Shown in pieces: positions 58,386 to 64,000 of a stretch of 64,000 bases of DNA (position 1 is the stretch's first letter; every line of letters starts with the position of its first letter). Both the position numbers and the translations under genes were made by a program. A model generated the notes under the pieces. That model saw only the letters and a list, made by a program, of their open reading frames with translations. It was not told the DNA's origin and did no database searches. This DNA comes from Clostridiaceae bacterium (GTDB lineage: Bacteria; Bacillota; Clostridia; Christensenellales; CAG-138). Location: NCBI GenBank assembly GCA_039683415.1, contig JBDKRL010000006.1, positions 273,827-337,826 on the forward strand, read 5' to 3'.

Positions 58386-60392
58386 ATGATCGATATCCTA
58401 CTGACAAGCGTAAAAGGCATCGGCCCGAAACGCGCGGAGCTGTTCTGTCAGCTCGGCGTGCATTCGGCGCGCGAGCTGCTCAACCGCCTGCCGCGGGACT
58501 ATCTGGACTATTCCACAGTAACACCCGTCTGCGAATTGATAGATGGCAAATACGCCGCAGCCAGAGTGCGTATTTCGTCCGCGCCGCGCTACTTCCGTAA
58601 AGGCGGTATGACGGTCATCTCCGCCTCCGCACAGGACGAAACGGGCTGCGTCACGCTCAAGTGGTTCAATCAGCCCTATCGAAGTTCGCAGGTCAAAGCG
58701 GGGGAAGTCGTCTGCGTTTGCGGGCGCGTACTGCGTAAAAAAGGCGTTACGTTGCTCAACCCCATGCTTTCCAGTGTTCTGCCGGGGATTCTGCCCGTTT
58801 ACACAACGGTGAAGGGTTTGAACCAGCGAACCTGGCGGGACAGCCAGATGGCGGCGCTGGAGGCCGTTTGGGATCAAATTGGCGAAACGCTGCCGCAGAA
58901 CGTCATCGACCAATACGGGCTTGCGCCTCTGGCGCTGGCGCTCAGGCACGCGCATTTTCCGTTCAGCAAGGAAGCGCTGGAGCTTGCGCGAAAACGACTG
59001 GACTTTGAAAACGCGCTCTTGTACTTTATTGCCGTCGAGCAGCAAAAAGCGGAACGCACCCGCCAGAACGGCTTTGCGTTCGATACGAGCGGCGTATTTG
59101 GCAAATTCTCGGCAAAGCTGGGATACGAGCTCACGAACGCGCAAAAACGCGTCATAACAGAAATTTCAGCCGACATGGAGCAGCCAATTCCGATGAACCG
59201 CCTGCTGCAGGGCGACGTCGGCTCCGGCAAGACGGCGGTCGCGCTCTACGCGCTCTGCGTGGCGAGCGCAAACGGCAAGCAGGGCGTTTTGCTCGCGCCA
59301 ACGGAAATCCTCGCCGAACAGCACTATGAAACGCTGAAAACGATCTTCGGCTCCTCCGCGGCGCTGCTGACCGGCAGCATGAAAAAGGCGGAGCGGGACG
59401 CTGTGCTAAAGAAAATTGCGGACGGCACCGCGCTCTGCGTGGCCGGTACGCACGCGCTGCTTTCCGGCGGCGTAAGGTTTTACGATTTGGGGTGCGTCGT
59501 TACGGACGAACAGCATCGCTTTGGCGTGCGCCAGCGCGCGGCGATGATGGAGAAAGGCGCAAGGCCGGATATGCTGGTGATGAGCGCAACGCCCATCCCG
59601 CGTACGCTCGCGCTGATTCTGTATGGGGATTTGGATATCTCGGTTATCGACGAACTGCCGCCCGGACGAAAACCGGTCAAAACCAGTTTGATCCCGCCGA
59701 ATAAGCGCGGGGATATGTACGCTTACCTTGCCAAACAAGCGGCGGAGGAAGGGCTGCAGAGCTACGTCGTCTGCCCGCTGATTGAAGAGAGCGAGAGCAT
59801 CGAATGCCCGAGCGTTTTTGAGCTATATACTGAATTGAAAAAAACGCTGCCAAAAACGCGGATCGGCATGCTCCACGGTCAGATGAAGGACGCCGAAAAG
59901 GAGCGCGTCATGCGCGCGTTTCGCGCTGGCGAAATCGACATACTGGTTACCACGACCGTCATTGAAGTTGGCGTGCATGTTGAAAACGCCTGCTTTATGG
60001 TGATTGAGGGCGCGGAGCGGTTCGGTTTAAGCCAGCTGCACCAGCTGCGCGGGCGCGTCGGCAGAAGCGCCAGGCAAGCCTATTGCTTTTTGCTGACAAG
60101 CGATGGAAACGGGGAAACCAACGAGCGAATCCAGACGCTGGCCAAGACCAGCGACGGGTTCGAAATTGCGCGTCAGGATCTGCTGCTGCGCGGGCCGGGG
60201 GACTTTATCGGCGTGCGTCAGCATGGCGACGCGGGCGTGGCGATGCTTGGCGGCATGCTGGACGTACAGACGCTGGAACGAGCGGGGCGTGCGGCAAGGG
60301 AGATCGTTTGCACGCCAAACGAGGAAAACACAAGGCTCATCGAACTGGCAAATGAGCGTTACGACGCCATGAGCGACATCGCAATGAACTAG
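58386..60392 (+). CDS. recG: ATP-dependent DNA helicase RecG
   Basis: KGIGPK, QGDVGSGKT, DEQHRFG, SATPIPR, QLRGRVGR; exact start uncertain (no adjacent RBS). Confidence 0.95.
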   Translation: MIDILLTSVKGIGPKRAELFCQLGVHSARELLNRLPRDYLDYSTVTPVCELIDGKYAAARVRISSAPRYFRKGGMTVISASAQDETGCVTLKWFNQPYRSSQVKAGEVVCVCGRVLRKKGVTLLNPMLSSVLPGILPVYTTVKGLNQRTWRDSQMAALEAVWDQIGETLPQNVIDQYGLAPLALALRHAHFPFSKEALELARKRLDFENALLYFIAVEQQKAERTRQNGFAFDTSGVFGKFSAKLGYELTNAQKRVITEISADMEQPIPMNRLLQGDVGSGKTAVALYALCVASANGKQGVLLAPTEILAEQHYETLKTIFGSSAALLTGSMKKAERDAVLKKIADGTALCVAGTHALLSGGVRFYDLGCVVTDEQHRFGVRQRAAMMEKGARPDMLVMSATPIPRTLALILYGDLDISVIDELPPGRKPVKTSLIPPNKRGDMYAYLAKQAAEEGLQSYVVCPLIEESESIECPSVFELYTELKKTLPKTRIGMLHGQMKDAEKERVMRAFRAGEIDILVTTTVIEVGVHVENACFMVIEGAERFGLSQLHQLRGRVGRSARQAYCFLLTSDGNGETNERIQTLAKTSDGFEIARQDLLLRGPGDFIGVRQHGDAGVAMLGGMLDVQTLERAGRAAREIVCTPNEENTRLIELANERYDAMSDIAMN

Positions 60393-60535
60393 CGGGCACG
60401 GTAAGACCCCGATTTTCTATCACGATTCACCGCATCCAGCCGAGAAGAACCGAAAAAAAGTTTTCAGCGCGATTTTGTCCAAGTTGAGAACGTGTGCGTT
60501 TTTCTATGCGTTTGCGCTGCGGGCGGACAATTTGT

Positions 60536-60564
60536 TTGACGCATGGAAACACGCATGTTATGAT
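60536..60564 (+). promoter_or_regulatory. SigA promoter
   Basis: TTGACG-N17-TATGAT with an extended TG. Confidence 0.7.
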
Positions 60565-60605
60565 AATTCTACGGTTTTTTACCGAACAGATAAGGACGTG
60601 CACGT

Positions 60606-61784
60606 ATGGATTTTCAGAACCTGCTTTCGGACTGCGTCAAGCGCATACCGCCTTCCGGCATTCGTAAATATTTCGACCTGCTGGACGAACGCTATATCAG
60701 CCTCGGAGTCGGCGAGCCCGATTTTCCGACGCCGGAGCGCATCCGAGCATACGTGACGGAAAAGCTCAAGAGCGGGCGTGTGGCATACACGTCCAATTCG
60801 GGCGATCCGCACCTGCGCGAGCTGATTTTGAAATATCTGGAAGAGCGTTATGCGATTCCGGCCTACGATTCGATCGATAATATCCTGATCACCGTTGGCG
60901 CAAGCCAGGCGATTGATCTTGCCATGCGCGCCATCCTCAATCCTGGGGATGAAGTGATCGTCCACGAACCGCTCTACGTTGCTTACCGTCCTTCCGTTGA
61001 ACTGGCGGGGGGCAAGGCCGTCACGGTCGTGACCAGGCACGAAGACCGGTTCCGCTTGCGCGCGGAAGCGGTCAAGGCCGCCATCACACCCAAGACCAAG
61101 GCGATCCTGCTGGCGTTTCCGAACAACCCGACGGGCGCGATTATGGAACAGGCCGATTTGGAGGCGATTGCGGACATCGTGCGGGACACGGATATCCTCG
61201 TTGTGACGGACGAAATCTATGCGGAGCTTACGTTTAACGGCAAGCGCCATTGTTCGTTTGCCGCGCTGCCCGGCATGCGGGATCGCACCATTGTGCTCAA
61301 CGGTTTTTCCAAGGCGTTTTCCATGACCGGCTGGCGGCTCGGGTATGCCGCGGGACAAAAGGACATCATCTCCGCCATGCGGAAAGTGCACCAGCTTACG
61401 ATGCTCTGCGCGCCGACCCCGGCGCAGTGGGCGGGCGTTGCGGCGCTGGAAACCGGCTTTGCGGACGACTTTGCGGACACCCGCGCCATGATCGACGAGT
61501 ACGCCGTGCGCCGTCGCTTCATCATTGACGCGTTCAACGACATGGGGCTTTCCTGCAACGAACCGGAAGGCGCGTTTTATGTGTTTCCATCAATCCGGTC
61601 CACGGGACTGACCAGCGAGCAATTCTGCGATCAGCTGCTCGCAAGCAAAAAGATTGTTACGGTACCCGGCAGCGCGTTCGGCGCGGCGGGCGAGGGGCAT
61701 ATTCGGTGCTGTTACGCGACTTCGATGCAGGACATCGAAAACGCGATGCGGCTGATTGCGGAGTTCTTAACCGAAATCCGCTGA
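60606..61784 (+). CDS. PLP-dependent aminotransferase class I/II
   Basis: GVGEPDF, PNNPTG, DEIY, FSKAFSMTGWRLG. Confidence 0.94.
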   Translation: MDFQNLLSDCVKRIPPSGIRKYFDLLDERYISLGVGEPDFPTPERIRAYVTEKLKSGRVAYTSNSGDPHLRELILKYLEERYAIPAYDSIDNILITVGASQAIDLAMRAILNPGDEVIVHEPLYVAYRPSVELAGGKAVTVVTRHEDRFRLRAEAVKAAITPKTKAILLAFPNNPTGAIMEQADLEAIADIVRDTDILVVTDEIYAELTFNGKRHCSFAALPGMRDRTIVLNGFSKAFSMTGWRLGYAAGQKDIISAMRKVHQLTMLCAPTPAQWAGVAALETGFADDFADTRAMIDEYAVRRRFIIDAFNDMGLSCNEPEGAFYVFPSIRSTGLTSEQFCDQLLASKKIVTVPGSAFGAAGEGHIRCCYATSMQDIENAMRLIAEFLTEIR

Positions 61785-61799
61785 CCGAAACGAAGATTT

Positions 61800-61830
61800 G
61801 CCCCGTCCAGATGAACCGGACGGGGCTTTT
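61800..61830 (+). terminator. Intrinsic terminator
   Basis: GCCCCGTCC-N9-GGACGGGGC-TTTT. Confidence 0.8.
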
Positions 61831-62033
61831 ATTTGTAAAAAACGCAATCACAGCAGACGGTCTGATGGTACAACAGACGAACCGGACGGAGTTTTTGTTT
61901 ATTAATAACGCGATCGCAATCGTCGGTAGGATCGAACGATTGACTACCACCTGTTCAGAAGTATGAAATGATGCTGAAAAACATATTTCATATTGATCTG
62001 AAGAATTTACTACGAACTATTTAGGAGTAAAAA

Positions 62034-64000
62034 ATGATACTTGAAAAAACATATATCACATTGGAATACGATAAAATCCTTTCCATTTTGAAACAGCATC
62101 TGGCAAGCGAGGTGGGCTGGGAGTTTGCGGAAAAACTGCGTCCTGCGCCAAGCCTTGCGGAAGCGGAAACCTTGCAGGAGCAGACCAACGAAGCGGAAGC
62201 GATCTACTCGCGCACCGGCAGAACGCCCATTTCCGGCTTTCCGGACGTGCGCGAACTGGTCGGACGTATGCGCGCGGCCCTGTTTATCAGCGCACGGGAA
62301 TTGCTGGCGGTGGCCGCGGCCATGCGCGCTTCCCGCGAGGCCAAGGAAGTTCTGCAGGCGGGGGAAGCGGAAAGCCTGCTCTGCAATATGGCAAACCGCC
62401 TCTCGTCTCACCGTTCGGCGGAGGAAGAGATTGCGCGGTGCATCCTTTCGGAAGATGAAATCTCCGACAATGCTTCCACCGAGCTCAGCCGCATCCGCAG
62501 GCAGATGAAAATCGTCAACGAGCGCGTGCGCGAAAAACTCAACTCCATGCTCAAAAGCCAGACCACGCAGAAATACCTGCAGGAAGCAATCATCACCGTG
62601 CGCAACGGCAGATACGCGCTCGCTGTCAAGGCGGAACACCGCGCGCAGGTGCCGGGGCTGGTGCACGACCAGAGCAGCAGCGGGGCGACGCTCTTTATCG
62701 AACCCGCGGCGGTCGTCGAACTGGGCAACGAATACAAACGGCTCATTTCGGAAGAGAAAAACGAAATCGAACGCATTCTTTCGGGCTTGACCGCCATGCT
62801 CTCGCCGTTTGCGGACGAAATCCATATGAGCGTCAACGTCATGGGCGCGCTGGACGTGATCTTTGCGCGCGCGGTGATGGCGCGGGATTTTCGCGCAGTT
62901 AGGCCAAAGCTCAACGACGCGGGGCAGATTCGCATTCTCAAAGGCCGTCATCCGCTGATTCCCCGGGATAAAGTCGTGCCGGTCGATATCTGGCTGGGTG
63001 AAACGTTCCAAACGCTGATCATCACAGGCCCGAATACGGGCGGCAAGACCGTAACGCTCAAAACCGTCGGGTTGTTTTCGCTGATGGGAATGAGCGGGAT
63101 GTTTATCCCCGCGGACTACGGAACGGAGCTTTCCACGTTTGAGAGCGTCTTTGCCGATATTGGCGACGAGCAGTCAATCGAACAGTCGCTGTCCACCTTC
63201 TCTTCGCATATGACCAACACCGTGCGCATCCTTGCCGCGGCGGATTCCCGCTCGCTGGTGCTGCTGGACGAGCTGGGCGCGGGTACCGACCCCGTGGAAG
63301 GCGCAGCGCTGGCGCAGGCGATTCTTGAGAGCCTCTACGAACGGCATACGCTGACCGTCGCCACCACGCACTACAGCGAGATCAAGGCGTTTGCGCTGAT
63401 GCACCCGGGCATGCAGAACGCCTCCATGGAGTTTGACGTGGATCGTCTCTGCCCGACCTACCGGCTCTTTATCGGCATACCGGGCAAATCCAACGCGTTT
63501 GAAATCTCCCGCAGGCTGGGGCTTGGCGGCGAGGTCATCGAGCGAGCGCAGACGTTTTTGAAAAAGAAGGACGTCGTATTTGAAAACGTGCTTTCCGAAG
63601 CGGAACAGGCAAAGCGCACCGCCGAAAACGACCGCGACGAAGCAGAAAAGGCGCGGATCGAATCCGAAAAGATTCGAGCGGAACTGCAGAAAGAAAAGAA
63701 AAAGCTGGAGGACGAAAAAACGCTGCTCCGCCAGAAGGCGCGCGAAGACGCGCGGCGCATGGTGCAGGAGACGCGGCAGGATATGGAACGGCTCATTGCG
63801 CAGCTTCGCTCCATTGAAAACATCGATCAAAAACAGCTCGAACGCGCGGTGCAGAAATCCCGCGACGCCATGCGCGTTACCGAGGAACGGCTTTACGACC
63901 AGGCGGCGCAGCGGGAAACGGCGGGGGATGCGCCGCAGTCCGTACATCCCGGCGAGCGGGTGATGATGATTACGCTGGGGCAGGAAGCGACCGTCGTAAA
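62034..64000 (+). CDS. mutS2: Endonuclease MutS2 (3'-truncated by window edge; absent from the ORF track)
   Basis: AGGAG RBS, MILEKTYITLEYDKIL, HDQSSSGATLFIEP, ITGPNTGGKT, DIGDEQSIEQSLSTFS, DELGAGTDP, GIPGKSNAF. Confidence 0.95.
   Translation, partial: MILEKTYITLEYDKILSILKQHLASEVGWEFAEKLRPAPSLAEAETLQEQTNEAEAIYSRTGRTPISGFPDVRELVGRMRAALFISARELLAVAAAMRASREAKEVLQAGEAESLLCNMANRLSSHRSAEEEIARCILSEDEISDNASTELSRIRRQMKIVNERVREKLNSMLKSQTTQKYLQEAIITVRNGRYALAVKAEHRAQVPGLVHDQSSSGATLFIEPAAVVELGNEYKRLISEEKNEIERILSGLTAMLSPFADEIHMSVNVMGALDVIFARAVMARDFRAVRPKLNDAGQIRILKGRHPLIPRDKVVPVDIWLGETFQTLIITGPNTGGKTVTLKTVGLFSLMGMSGMFIPADYGTELSTFESVFADIGDEQSIEQSLSTFSSHMTNTVRILAAADSRSLVLLDELGAGTDPVEGAALAQAILESLYERHTLTVATTHYSEIKAFALMHPGMQNASMEFDVDRLCPTYRLFIGIPGKSNAFEISRRLGLGGEVIERAQTFLKKKDVVFENVLSEAEQAKRTAENDRDEAEKARIESEKIRAELQKEKKKLEDEKTLLRQKAREDARRMVQETRQDMERLIAQLRSIENIDQKQLERAVQKSRDAMRVTEERLYDQAAQRETAGDAPQSVHPGERVMMITLGQEATVV

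Overview
A GC-rich stretch of core chromosome from a Clostridia-class Firmicute, with a Christensenellales/Eubacteriales-like gene order (inferred). It holds about 58 protein genes: a BlaI/BlaR1-type pair, rmuC, a NifU-like + GGGtGRT pair, lepA-hemW-hrcA-grpE-dnaK-dnaJ with a perfect CIRCE, an orphan DNA methyltransferase, asp23-amaP-DUF2273-nusB-tsaD-like-xseAB-ispA-dxs-tlyA-nadK-argR-recN-spo0A, deoB-punA, thrC, an S41 protease, ahcY, an EF-G paralogue, uvrC, maf, xth, a Crp regulator with a NitT/TauT ABC transporter, udg, yebC, yloU-fakA-recG and a partial mutS2. I found no tRNA, rRNA, CRISPR array, integrase or transposase. The strongest unexplained signal is non-coding: about 14 intergenic regions carry short local 'echo' duplications (periods 16-115 bp, many about 46-56 bp) that copy gene 3' ends with the stop codon, gene starts, terminators or promoters, ranging from identical to decayed. 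Other candidates are an ECF S-component fused to a transketolase C-terminal-like domain behind a structured leader, a divergent Spo0A with its usual sporulation neighbours missing, a NagB-like probable pseudoenzyme, a covarying REP-like hairpin array and a BlaR1 with a non-penicillin-binding sensor domain. All calls come from reading motifs by eye; no searches were run, and several start codons were moved from the ORF track to RBS-supported positions.
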